Shown: one piece after another, positions 22,701 through 35,565 of the stretch
Layout: each line of letters begins with the position of its first letter
How positions within the stretch are numbered: position 1 is the stretch's first letter
Origin: Vicugna vicugna
Lineage: Eukaryota
Reading direction: 5' to 3'
Assembly (NCBI GenBank): GCA_013265495.1
Contig: MU058287.1
Location: forward strand, 62,001 to 126,000
Length of the DNA stretch: 64,000 nucleotides
Program-made: the position numbers and the translations under genes
The notes under the pieces: generated by a model
The model's input: the letters and a program-made list of their open reading frames with translations, nothing else
Told to the model about the DNA's origin: nothing
Databases searched by the model: none

Positions 22701-25620
22701 TGATGAATTATTTGTTTTATGATAATAAATATTCTTCTTTTTTCTTTGATAATTTTTCTTGTTCCAAAATCTGTTTTGCTTGATATTAGCATAACTCCTT
22801 TAACTTTCTTTTGTTTTGGTTTTTTTTTTAACTTTATATGTATATTTTTATTGAAGTATAGTTAGTTTACAATGTTGTGTCAAGATCTGGTGTAGAGCAT
22901 AATGCTTCAGTCATACCTGAACATACATATATTCATTTTCACATTCTTTTCACCATAAGTTACTATAGGATATTGAACATAGTTCTCTGTGCTGTGTAGT
23001 ACGAACTTGTTGTCTAGCTTTCTTTTGATTAGTGTTTGCATCATATATTTTTTCACCCTTTTACTTTTGTCTTATCTATATTGATAAATTTAAAGGAGAT
23101 TTTTTGTTGACAGCATATTGTCTTATTTTTAAATTTAATTTGACAATCTCTGTACTTCAGTAGATACCATTTACATTTAATTTAATTATTGAAATGGTTG
23201 GACTTGTGTCTGCCATTTATTATTTGTTTTCTTTTTGTTATCTCTTTTTTTGTCCCCTCATTTCCCATTTTCTGCCTTCTTCTGGATTATCTGAGTATTT
23301 TTATTATTTCATTTTAATTTAACTATTGGCTAATTGGACATATCTCTCTCTATATCTCTTTGTATAATTGTTTTAGTTGTTCTAGGGATTACCGTATACA
23401 CAACTCACTTTACACAATCTAGATTGTATAGTTTACCACTTCAATTAAAGCATACAACCCGTATCACTTTACCTTCCACACTTTCTGTAATAGTTGTCAT
23501 ATTAAGTACATCTATATAACTTGAAGACTCAATGGACAATATAATTTTGCTAACAAAAGTCAAATATCTTAAATAACCTAGTAGAGTAAAGTAGTATATT
23601 TTATTTACCCAGCTACTTACCATTTCTGTTGTTCTTTCTTCAGTCCTTGTGTTCATGTTTCCCTCTGGTATCATTTCCTGTCAGCCTGAGAACTTATTTC
23701 AGCATTTCTTTAAGAACGGGTCTACTGGTAACAAATTCTCTAGTTTCCCTTAATCAAAGAGTTCCTCTGTTTTGCCTTCAGTCATGAAGGATATTTTCTC
23801 TAGATATATAATTCTGGCTAATAGTTCTTTTCTTTTATTACTTGAAAGATGTTGTGTCACTGTCATCTGGCCTCTGTGATTTATGATGAGAAATCTGTAA
23901 TCATCCAAACCATTGCTCCCGTGAATGTAATGTATCATTTTCCTCAGGCTTGGTTTAAGTTTTTTTCCTTTATATTTATATTTCAGTGGTCTGATTATGA
24001 TGTATCTGGCCATGGCTTTATGAGTTTACCGTATTAGGGATTTGCTGAACCTCTTGAATCTGCAATCTAATGTCTTTCATTCAGTTTGAGAAGTTTTCAG
24101 CCATTATTTCTTCAGATGTTCTTTCTGCATTCATCTGTCTCTTTTATTTCTTCTGTTGGGACTCTATTGATAAGAATATCAGACCTTTTGATTAGTGTCC
24201 CATAGGTTGCTGAGGACTTTTGTTTTTCCAGCCTTATTTTCTCTCTGTTCTTCAGGTTGTATAATTTCTATTGATGCATTTCTGAATTCACCGACTCTTT
24301 CCTTTGGTTATCTACAGTCGGCTATTGAGTATACCCGGTGAGTTTTTAAATTTCAGATTTTGTCTGTTTCAATTCTAAAATTTCCATTTTCTTTATAGCT
24401 TCTACTTCTCAACTAAGAATTTCTAACTTTTATTCTTTTAAGCAATGCACATCTTTACCTTATGGAGGGTTCCTGGATTACTGTCCTTGCCAGTTAATAA
24501 TTCCAACATCTGGGCCATCTTGGAATTGGCATTTGTTGATTGTCTTGTTCCTTAAATATTAATCAGATTTTCCCGGCTCTTTGTATGCCAAGTTATTTTG
24601 GAACGTATCCTAAACATTTTGAATATTATGTTGTGAGACTCTGGGTCCTGTTAAAATCCTTTGGAGAATGTTGACTTGTTTATCTGTTTGATTGTTTAGG
24701 AGGCAGTCAACCAGGTTGTACTCAAACCTCATGTTCTTTCTCATGTTGGTAGTGTTAACAGATGAATTTTCAAAGATTTTGCCTTGCTTTTTGGATCTTA
24801 CTGGAGCTTATAACACTTAGGGGTTAGTCTAGAACTTGGCTAATGGTTTCTATGGTAATTCAGGTCTTGATATCTCTGATGTGTGTCTTAGGTTTGTTCT
24901 GGGCAGGTCCAGGACTTATGTCGATTCATAACACAGACTTAGGAGCTGCTCCTGTCAAGCTCTCTTCTCTCCATGATTTCTTCTATACTCTCCAGCTCTC
25001 AGATGCTCTTTTTCATGGTTCCTCTGGCCAAAAGGATGGAGTCCTCTCAGAATTTCAGCCTCCCATGCTGTCATGCAGTCCTGCATAAGTGGAGCTTCCT
25101 CCCCAGAGAGGCAGCAAGAGAAAAAAGCCTCTACAAGATGGCTTCATTTTCCCAGTTCCTCTAGCTAGAGAAATGGGTTTTTCTTGGAATTTTAGATCCC
25201 TGTGCTGTGGTCAGTGCAGCTCTGTAGCTGGGCCTGGCCTCAGAGCAAGGCTGGGAGAGAAATGAAAGGGGAGAAAAAGAATCTCCCTCACAATCTCCAG
25301 CACACAGGAGTCTTTTTCTCAGATCTCTGGCTGAGGAGAAGGTCGTTCTCCTGGAGATTTTGCTGTCAGTGCTTGCTGCACAATTCCAGGATTCAGCTTG
25401 CCCTCACATCAATTCTAGGGAAAAAAGGAAAATAAAAATCCATGAACCTCTCCCCTTATGGATCCTTACTCAGGTTCTCACTTTAATTCCCAATACACCT
25501 GGTATGTGTACTTTTCAAAGACCTCAGGTGGTTGCTATCTGTATTCTGTTGGTAGTTTTTAGTTGTAATCAGTGCGAATGAAAATATGTAGTCGGCTGTC
25601 TCCATCTTGACTGGCACCAG
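19720..25620 (-). mobile_element. Long degraded L1M element(s): 3' UTR, deleted ORF2, ORF1 and 5' region, with nested younger inserts
   Basis: ORF 20245-20481 (KKCLTSLVMRDMELKTTIRCHHTPIRKA) is an ORF2p C-terminal remnant. ORF 23750-24013 (ARYIIIR...ARIIYLEKISFMTEGK) is an ORF1p C-terminal remnant. Order is consistent with the minus strand. Confidence 0.85.
22817..23014 (-). mobile_element. Short younger L1 3'-end insertion nested in the old L1
   Basis: T-rich tail followed by 'tttttattgaagtatagttagtttacaatgttgtg'. TSD-like flanks TAACTTTCTTTTGTTT (22801-22816) and TAGCTTTCTTTTGATT (23015-23030). Confidence 0.8.
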
Positions 25621-26489
25621 AAGTAGCTTACATATCATTTTAATACCTTTTTTCCCACCTAGAATATTTTGTAAATATTTTTCCATGCCATCATACATTG
25701 CTCCATAACGTCATTTTTAATGACTGCCTGTTTCTTTGTATGGATGTTTATACTGATTGTCTTAGTGAACATATGGATAGATAAATCTTTACACACATCT
25801 GTGATAATATCTTTAGGATAAATTCTTAGAGGCAGAATTGCTATACTAAAGTCTTTAAAAGAGTTTCTTAACTTTAAGTCAATAAATTCTCTCTAATATT
25901 TAGAGTACTTACTTCTCTATATTCCTGTTAACACATTTTTTTTATGAATAGAAAAATAATGCCAGTGATCACTCGATGTGCTTCAGCTCTGCAATTTCCT
26001 GTCCAGGAGATGCTCTGCAAATATTTCATCACATATCTCGTAAATGTAAGTGTCTAGCTGTTTTTGACTGTTTATAAAACCCAGTGGTATTAGGCACATT
26101 TAGTTTGGGCTCATAAATACCTGAGGCAAACATAAATCTTCAAGTGCCTAAAGCATTCTAATTAGGTTGGAATTGACATGGCCAAAGTGAGAAAAGTAGT
26201 TTTCTATGCTCAGTAATCATGGGTTTGCTTGTGCATACCATTCATCTTGCAATAAAATTGTATTTTCGCTGAGTCATGAGGGATTGATTAGATCCAATTT
26301 GAAAAGTCAACATTAGGAGTCCAAGGAAAGTGTGTTTGCTGTAACATTACGCATCCTTTTCTTTGTAATTACACTTACACATCTTTGCTATTTATAAAAA
26401 GACATGTAAACATTAAGAATGCACATAGAATGGGAAAATACCCTTTTCTAAAACATTATAGGATTTGTTTTGTGCCAGAACAGATCACT

Positions 26490-26840
26490 TCAGTATCAGT
26501 TCAGGTCCTGGCAGAGAAGAGTGATGGTGTGCTTAAGTTGGGTAATTTGAGTGGGTTTAGTGAAGGGATGATTTACAAGGGTGGACAGGGTGTAGAAAAG
26601 TCACAGGATACAGCACAAAACTTGCGAGCTGGTAACTGGAGCAGGTTGCCACTGCTAGGCCTGAGCAGTGACCTTCAGTGCCCATCTGGTTTGCAAGGAC
26701 CCTTCAGGGACTCAGGGAACTACATTAATACCCCAAGGTTCCTGTTTTCCCTCTGTCTGATTTCCTGCCAGTACTCCCTGTTGGTTAAAACCTACAGGAA
26801 GTCAGAGGGTAAGAAAGCCTCTTCATGCAGTGCATAGAGA
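26490..26840. mobile_element. Old ERVL-type LTR fragment (LTR33/LTR16-like)
   Basis: 'tcagttcaggtcctggcagagaagagtgatgg...gggtaatttgag...tttagtgaagggatgatttacaaggtgg' resembles ERVL LTRs as I recall them. Confidence 0.55.
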
Positions 26841-27081
26841 TCTACCAAAGTGAATACAGGAAAATTTATTGAATTTAAATCCCCTACCACAAGCACTTTC
26901 AGAAGTCTGTGGCTAATTTGCAACCGTTTGTGTGTGATGAGGGAATATTTTTGTTTCGGGAGGTATTAATTTATAGTTGAGTATATAAAATGATAATTCT
27001 TAACATATGACCTTTTAGCAAAATATTCTATCAATTTGTTGGAGAATTATATACAACATATCATATGCCTATTAAATAGAG

Positions 27082-27355
27082 GCATTACAGCATAAGAGCT
27101 GAGTGTGTGGGTTTAGAAGTCAGATTGAATTTGAATCCCAGCTTTTCCACCTACCAGTTATCTGACTCTGGGTAAATGTATTACCATCTCTAAGGTCTAA
27201 TGTTGTTATTGCTGTTGTTTTAAATTTGTTAAATGGGAATAATAGTAGTATCTATCACATGAAGTTGTGAGAATTAAATGTGATAATGTGTATTAATTGC
27301 ATAACCCAATGCCTGGAACGTATCAAGTACTTAATGTATGTTATTATCTACTGTT
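27082..27355 (+). mobile_element. MIR SINE
   Basis: 'tttgaatcccagcttttccacctacc...aaatgggaataatagtagtatc...gttgtgagaattaaatg...tgcctgg'. Confidence 0.85.
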
Positions 27356-27474
27356 ATTCTAATTGTTACATATATACCTGTCAACAGGGAAAAGAGCCAT
27401 GATTGGAGAGGACTGTGATCATTTTAGGATGAAACTAATTGCTTAACTAAGTATAGTGTTCAGAAAGGATAGAG

Positions 27475-27615
27475 AATTCAATGATTAAGTGCATAGGCTC
27501 TGTAGTAAAATCTCTTGGGTTGGCAGCTTAGTCCTGTCTCTGACTTTTGCCTTGGGCAAGACACTTATCTGTTCTGTGACCTAGTTTCTTCGTCTGAAAA
27601 TTAAGATTTATAGAA
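27475..27615 (+). mobile_element. MIR fragment
   Basis: 'ccttgggcaagacacttatctgttctgtgacctagtttcttcgtctgaaaa'. Confidence 0.7.
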
Positions 27616-28399
27616 ATAAATAAATAAACACACACACACACATATGGAAAGGATGAAAATTCACAGTATGTGAAATTATGTAAATACTATACTAATATAA
27701 AGTGTCACATTACACAATAATGTACAATATTTAGAATTTAGAGTCAACCTGGTTTCAGAATCTGAGAGAACAGTCCTGTGAAAGCCAGAGCTAGTGAAAT
27801 TGTCTCCAGATATGTAATTGACAGGCCTCCATAGCTGCTGGTCTGAAGTCTGGGCTGATGGCACTGAAACTCTTTTCCTGTTTCTGATTCAGGGACAAAG
27901 TGCCTGGAAAAACATCATTTTCATTCCGGGGGCGTAGATCTGGGAAGCAGCCAAAAGTGTTGCCTAACTGATGTCTGTAAAACCCAGAAAACAACTGGGC
28001 AGGAGGGAAGTAGGAAAAGGAGCAACAGAAGTGCATGGCATCTTGGGAGATGCAATATACACAAAGTCTTGTAGGTTTCTGCTAAAATGTAATAGTATAC
28101 TCTGGGATTTCTTTTTCATGTACTCCATTACTTCAGGGTGATAGAGACCCAGCCTATGAGTTGGGGAAATGCCTTCTCCACAGGGCAAATGTTCATTACC
28201 TGGAAAGCTAACAAATACTACTAAATTGAGCTAAAATTGTATATGTACATTATTATTCAACCATAGCTCTGGGACTGGAACAGTGTTGACATAAGAGTGA
28301 CCCTCAGATCAATCTACATATCCTATCTGTTGAAAAAATATTAGTCTTAGATAAATCTGTTTTTGTTCTGAAGTAAGAAATAAGAAAAAAAACTATCTG

Positions 28400-29450
28400 C
28401 AACTCTTGAATATTACTACGTAACAAAGGTAATAGAATATCACCCTGAAAACTTATAAGAAATTTACAAAAAGAGCATGCTAATGAAGATTATTTACAAC
28501 AAGAAACCGGAAAAATTTAGAAAACTGTTCAAAATCCTCAGATTCCTTAAAATAAATAGCATCTAAGAAGCAGGGTATAAAATGCCGTAAGTTGAGAAAA
28601 CAGAAATGGAAAAGCAACAGGATGAGATGCAAAGGAAGGGGGGTGAGAGAACATTAATGGCAAGACTCTAAAAATACAGGAGCAAAATTAAAATCCACAA
28701 TGGGGCCAGCACATCTAAAACTGATACTATGGAAAATCAGATCCGTATAGTGAAGAACAAGCTAAAGAAATTCTCTAAGAATTTTTTTTTAAAAGGGAAA
28801 AGGAATTAAAATAATGAAAATGAAGCCATAAGGTAAAGAGAGTAGAAATTCGGTAACAATGATCATTTCTGAAAAATAGACCACAGCAATTAGAACAGAA
28901 ATAATAATCAAAACAAAATTTTAAAAAATTCCCAGTGCTGGGGGGAAAACAACCTGATTAAAAGGATTCATTAACTCTTAGGCAAAATAAAGAAGAAGTG
29001 ACATACACCTGGACTTCTCCTGGCAAAGTTTGTGACTTAAAATAATTATTACTTATCATGTGAGTCTTCATGTGTGAAAAACAAAACATGAACAAAGAGC
29101 ACTTTAACAAATTACCTGCTAAGGAGCAAATATTGCAATACTCTGAGTCATCTAAATCTACTCTATCATTTAGATACCAAATTAAAGAAAGTAACAGAGC
29201 AATACCTACAGAATTTTGAGGAGAAAATGATGCAGTCTAAAATTTTATATTCAACCAAGTTATGTTCCAAGTTCAGATAATTGATACATATTATCTGTTA
29301 TGTCAGGTTGCAGATTACCTGTTTACCTCTTCTTGGTTTTTTATTCTATTTATTACTGCCTTTTTACTGAGCAAGCCAAGAGAAATTAAAATGTCAGATT
29401 CAAGAATGAAGTAGACGCAGATAAAATGTGTGTTGGCCATGGAACTGATG
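28400..29450 (+). mobile_element. Degraded HAL1/L1 ORF1-like remnant
   Basis: A-rich. 'cagagcaatacctacagaattttgaggagaaaatg...ctaaaattttatattcaaccaagttat' resembles ORF1 C-terminal coding sequence. Confidence 0.5.
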
Positions 29451-30799
29451 GACTATAAAGCCTAAAGACTCAGATCTTTTCAGATTGCAAGGAATAGTGG
29501 GACAGTTAAAAAGTCAGATGTCACTAAAGCAGACTGTGGTCAGAAGTCTAGCTGAGGTTAGTGAGGTTTTAATTATATATGTTTTAATATAATGTTTTAA
29601 TTATAATGCTTTGATTTAAATTACACAGAACTAATCTGGACAAATACTTCATATCAGATAAAACTTTAATGAGTACGTAAGAATTCTTTGTAATTAGCAC
29701 CTGAAAGTACTAGTCTGAGCAGTGTTGGGTTTTGCTGCTTCCATTGCTGTTTATGTGAATGGATGAATATGAATTGATACACCTAAACTGGCTGAATCAC
29801 TTTTTCTAAACGATTAGAATGCTTTCATCTTTGGTTAGTTTCAAAGGCAAATTACAGCCTTACTTAGGCCTATCTAGAGTTAGAGCCCTCACCTATCTAG
29901 ACTGCTCCTTTCTTTGCTCTTAAATTATGATTTCAAACAGCATAGAATTCAAAAAAAAGAAGAAGCAGCCTGGGGTATTGTCACTGTCAATAAGACTTAA
30001 TCTTAATACCTTAAAGTATGAATTCCCTTGGACTAAGGTTTCACTTATGTGTATCCTATCATAATGCTGTACTGATATGGAAGGTCAGTAAATACTATAT
30101 GATAATTGATTAGCAGTTTTCTTAATGAATTCTGTCTACAAAAGAATAATTTCAAAAAAGAATATCTATCTAGACCTAAGTGTCTATCAAATATAAGTTA
30201 GAAGTTAATGGGAGTACATCACAAGTCCTGTAATATAACTGCAATTGCTTTATTCTCCTTTACATTTTTACTGAAGGGCAACCTAGCATTATCATTTTAA
30301 ATGAATTTTTCCTCTAATATTTTAAATGGCTCCATGTGTTAACACAAAATAAACTCAGAACTTGACTGTAATAAACATATCTGAGCCAATTTCTGTTTGC
30401 CACAGAAAACCATTATGATGTGACCTAACTTGGTATTTTAAAATTTGCCATTAGTGACCTTAGGCACAAATAGAAAGGGGGCAGCACTGTACAGAGGATC
30501 TAAATTATAAAGGAAAGGTGAGATTCTTTTTCCAGGAGAATGCCTGTCAGATGTCACCTCCCTTGCTTTTTGCTGAGATGGGTGTGCTCTGTTATTTTGT
30601 AGTAGGAGAATTTCTTAGAGAGATTCTGCTGTAGCACCTTTACCAGTATGTGTATCTCCCTCATGTCCTCACTTTTTTAAGCATAGATTCTGTGGCCCAA
30701 CATTATAAGCACACCCTTGCAAACTATCAGCTACCATATCGTTTTTTTGTCTTCAGTCTTATTCTGTACCTACCTACTCATGATTGGACCTGAGCAGCT

Positions 30800-32035
30800 T
30801 AGCATGATTAAAGAAAATCTTGGAAGCATGCTGCTTGATCTTGCTTGATGTTTGTGATCACAGAGATCAAGCAGGCTCTTAGTACGTCTTGTCAACAATG
30901 TACTACATCTCCTTAATCATTTGAATCTCCAAGTTTCACAGCACCTCTTTTACCTGTTTTCCTCTATCCTCAAATCTTGGGCATCCCTTCCCTGATCCTC
31001 TCATTCAGAAAATGATCTTTGTACTGGCCAAAGGGCATGATAAACTTGTTTGTTTCAATTACGAAACAAAAGCAATCAGAGGAAATTTCTGTGTTCTCCC
31101 ACGATCAGATCTGCTAATTTACCTTCATCTGAACTTATACTCCATGTTCCCTCTTGTTAGGATGGACGAACTGTCTTGTATGTCTGAAGACAACACTTCC
31201 ATGTGTGCACTGGACTCCAAAACGTACTACCTATTTAAGCATTCCATTCTGAGATGGTTTCCTCTCCTTTTACAGTTTTCCATTTCAACTACTGTATTTC
31301 CATCAGTCTACAAACATACTAGGCTCTCTCTTACCGTAAATAAAACAGAATAAAATGTATCTTGGTCTTGAATTTTTTAGTGCCACTCTATGTCTTTTGT
31401 TCTATTTTCAACAAAGTTCTTTGAAAGAGCTGTCTACACGTCCAGTTTCCACTTTTCTCTTCTCCCATTCTCTCTTAAATCTACTCCATTCAACTGAAAG
31501 AGCTAATTAAGGTCACCAGTGACCACCACCTTGACCAATATAATGGCTAATTCTGAGTCTTCATTTAACTTAAACTCTCAGGAACATTTCATCCAGTCCG
31601 TCACTTTATCTTCCCTGAAACACTCTCTTAAAACTTGGCTCCTGGGAAAATATACTTGCCTGACTCTCCACCTACATTTCTGGCTGCTGCTTCTTAGTCT
31701 CCCTTACTTATTTCTCTTCCTCTTCTTAACCTTTCATTGTTGAGTGCCCCAGAAATCAGTCCTAGAGCCTCCTCTCTGTATGGTCTGCGTTCGCTCCCTT
31801 GGGGATCTCACCCACCATCATGACTTTAAATACATTCTATGTGAGATGATCCTCCAGGTTTACATCTTCAGTCCCAGTCTCTCCTGAGCTCCACCTTCCT
31901 GTATCCAACTACCTGCTTGTGTCTCTGCTTAGAGGATTAATACGCATTTCAATCTTACATTCAAAAATAATTACTGGTTTTACCTCACAAACCTGTTTTT
32001 CATTGTTCTCTATTTCAGTAAGTATCACCATCATT
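30800..32035 (+). mobile_element. L2 LINE fragment
   Basis: Pyrimidine-rich L2 motifs 'aaggtcaccagtgacc' and 'catgactttaaatacattctatgtg...tatccaactacctgctt'. Confidence 0.8.
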
Positions 32036-32422
32036 TAGGACTGCAGTGTTGTACAAATCCAGGGTGCATTGTTCCTGTGGATTAACTGAATTATTTGCAT
32101 CTTCTGCATATTTTCCCCAATGGGCATCTAATTTATACAAAATAGACTTAAAAATGTAAACAATTAAGCAACGTTTTCAACCTAGCCGGGCAGCTACTAT
32201 ATTAATAACATGATGAAAACGACCAACATATCTCCTTGAGAAATTACTGAAAATCAGAGAATAACCTTCATATTGGCCAAAACACACAAAAAATGCAAAA
32301 AAAAAATCTTTTAACCAGTTTTAGGTCTTGAAGATTTTTTAGCAAAGGGCTTTTGATTTAAAAAATCAATTTTCACCTGGTGTTTAGGGGAGTAGCCATA
32401 AGTTATTATTATTATTTTTTGA

Positions 32423-33415
32423 GCTTGAGATAGCCTTTTTATGGTTACTTTTATTGAAGTATGATTAATTTACAGTGCTGTGTTACTTTCAAGGGTACAG
32501 CAAAGTGATTCAGTTATACATGTATATGTAAATTTTCAGATTCTTTTCCATTACAAGTTATTACATGATACTGAATATAGTTCCCTGTGCTACACAATAG
32601 GTCATTGTTGTTTAGCTATTTATATAGTAGTGTGTATAGGTTAATCCCAAGCTCCTAATTTATCCCTGCCCCTCTTCCCCTTTGGTAACCGTAGGATTGT
32701 CATCTTCATCTGTGAGTCTGTTTCTGTTTTGTAAGTAAGTTCATTTGTATCATTTCTTAGATTCACATATAAGTGGTATCATATGATATTTGTCTTTATC
32801 TGACTTACTTCACTTAATATGATAATCTCTAGGTACATCCATGTTGCTCCAAATGGCATTTTTCATTCTTTTTTATGGCTGAGTAACATTCCATTGTATA
32901 TACATATACCACATCTTCTTCATCCAGTCATCTGTTGATAGACATCTAGGTTGCTTCTTTGTCTTGGCTATTGTAAATAGTGCTGCTATGAACATTAGGG
33001 TGCATGTTATCTTTTCAAATTAGAGTTTTCTCCAGATATATGCCCAGAAGTGGGACTGCTGGATCATATGGTAACTCTGATTTTGGTTTTTTAAGGAACC
33101 TCCATACTGTTCTCCATAGTGGCTGCACCAGTTTACATTCCCACCAACAGTGTAGGAGGGTTCCTTTTTCTCCACACCCTTTCCAGCATTTATTATTTGT
33201 AGACTTTTAAATGATGACCATTCTGACTGTTGTGAAATGATACCTCATTGTAGTTTTGATCTGTATTTCTCTAATAATTAGCAGTATTGAGCATCTTTTC
33301 ATGTGCCTGTTGGCCTTCTGCATGTCTTCTTTGGAGAAATGTCTATTTAGGTCTTCTGCCCATTTTTTTGATTAGGTTTTTTTTTTACATAGTAAGCTGT
33401 ATGAGCTGTTTGTAA
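32423..33415 (-). mobile_element. 5'-truncated lineage-specific L1 with candidate TSD
   Basis: L1 3' UTR plus antisense ORF2 C-terminus. Flanked by ATTATTTTTTGA at 32411-32422 and 33416-33427. Confidence 0.88.
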
Positions 33416-33474
33416 ATTATTTTTTGATTCAACTGAAGATGTCCACAATGAGTTTTGACTAAAAAGTAGTAAAT

Positions 33475-35565
33475 ATTATGCAGAAAATCCAAAAGAAATG
33501 ACAAAAAAAATCCCTTCCTGGAGCTAATAAGTTATTATAGCAAGGTTGCAGGATATATTCACTTGGCTGTACACCAGCAATGAATAAATAGAATTTGAAA
33601 TTTAAAAAATACCATTTACTTTAGGACCCCCCCAAAGTGAAATACTTAGGCATAAGTCTAATATAATATGTACAGGATCTATATATGAGGAAAACTACAA
33701 AATTCTGGTGAACAAAACCAAAGAACTAAGTGGAGAGAGGTTCTGTGTTCCTGGATAGGAAAATTCAATATTGTCAAGATGTCAGTTCCTCCCAACTTGA
33801 TTCAGTGTAACCCCAATCAAAATCCCAGAAAGTTAGTTCATGGATATTGCATCACTGATTATAGCAAAAGATCCAGAAAAGCCAACACAAGATTGAAGAA
33901 GAAGAACAAAGTTGGAGGACTGATTCTACCTGACTTCAAGACTTACTATAAAGCTGTAGTAATTAAGGCAGTGTGGAATTGTTGAAAGAATGGGTGACTA
34001 GATGAATGGAATAAGATAGAGAGTCCAGAAATAGACCCAAATAAACACATACAACTGATTTTTGATGAAGGAGCAGAGGCAACACAATGGAGCAAAGATA
34101 GTCTTTGCTGGAAGGACTGGATGTCAACATGCAAAAAAAAGTGAATGCAGAGACCTTATACTCTTCACAAAAATTAACTCAAAATGGATTGCAAGCCTGA
34201 GTGTAAAATACCAAACTATAAAACTCCTAGAAGATAATATAAGGGAAAACCTAGATAACCTTGGGTATGGTGGACTTTTTAGATACAACACCAAAGTCAT
34301 GACCCATGAATGAAATAATTAATAAGATAGACTTCATTAAAATTAAAAAATCTGCTCTACAAAAGAAGAGAAAGAGAAGACAAGTCACAGACTGGGAGAA
34401 ATTATTTGCAAAAGATGTATCTGATGAAGACCTGCTATCTAAAATATACAAAGAACTCTTAAACCTCAATAATAAAAAAACAAAAAACAATTTAAAAGTG
34501 GGCCAAAAACCTTAACAGATACCTCACCAAAAAAGATATACAGATGGCAAATAATAAAAAAACAAAAAACAATTAAAAAGTGGGCCAAAAACCTTAACAG
34601 GTACCTCACCAAAGAAGATATACAGATGGCAAATAAGCATGTGAAAAGATTCTCCACATCATACGTCATCAGGGAAATAAAATAATGAAATACCATTACA
34701 CACCTATTAGAATAGCCAAAATCCAGAACACTGACAACACCAAATGTTGACAAGGATGTGGAGCAACAGGAACTTTCATTCATTGCTGGAAAAGGTACAC
34801 AACTTTGGAAGAGAGTTTGGCTATTTCTTGTAAAACTAAATATACTCTTACCATATGATCTAGGAGTTGTATTCCTTGATATTTACTCAAAATAGTTGAA
34901 AACTTATGTCTGCATATGAACTTGCACATGGAAGTTTACAGTGGCTTCATTTGTAATTGCCAAAACTTAGAAGCAACCAAGTTTTTTGGTAGGTGAATGA
35001 ATAAATAACATACGATAATCCAGACAATGAAATATTATTCAGCACTAAGAAGAAATTAGCTATCACGCCATGACAAGACACAGAGGGATCTTAAATGCAT
35101 ATTACTGAGTGAAATAAATCAATCTGTAAAGGCTTTAGTTGTACAATTGCAGCTATAGGACACTGGGAAAAAGGAAAAACTATGGATACAATAAAAAGAT
35201 CAGTGGTTGCCAGGAGCTGAGGGAAGAGAGGATGAATGGGCAGAGCATGGACGATTTTTAGGACAGTGAAAATACACTATATGTATTCACCATAATGGTG
35301 GTTACATGCCACTTATACGTTTGTCCAAACCCATAGAATTTATACACCAAGAGTGAACCCTAAAGTAAACTGTGGACTTTGGGTGATTGTGATCTGTCCA
35401 TGTATGTTCATTAGTTGTAACAAATGTACTGCTCTGAGGGATGTTGATAATGTGGGAGGCGGTGGAGGAGGGGCAGAAAGACTACAAGAAATTTCTGTGC
35501 CTTTCCCTTAATTTTGCTTTGAACCTAAGACTGTACTCCCCCAAAATAATAAAGTGCTAATTTTA
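33475..35565 (+). mobile_element. L1M (L1MB/MC-like) ORF2 3' part and 3' UTR
   Basis: ORF remnants [24 protein letters not shown] and FTKINSKWI...IKLLEDNIRENL; 3' UTR ending near AATAAA at ~35548. Confidence 0.9.
34468..34636 (+). repeat. 82-bp tandem duplication within the L1
   Basis: Units start at 34468 and 34550, differ at 3 positions, and share AATAA at the junction. Confidence 0.93.

Noticed and set aside
26385..26837. 150-aa ORF
   Set aside because: Starts at a non-ATG codon, overlaps an LTR-like remnant and has no recognisable domain.
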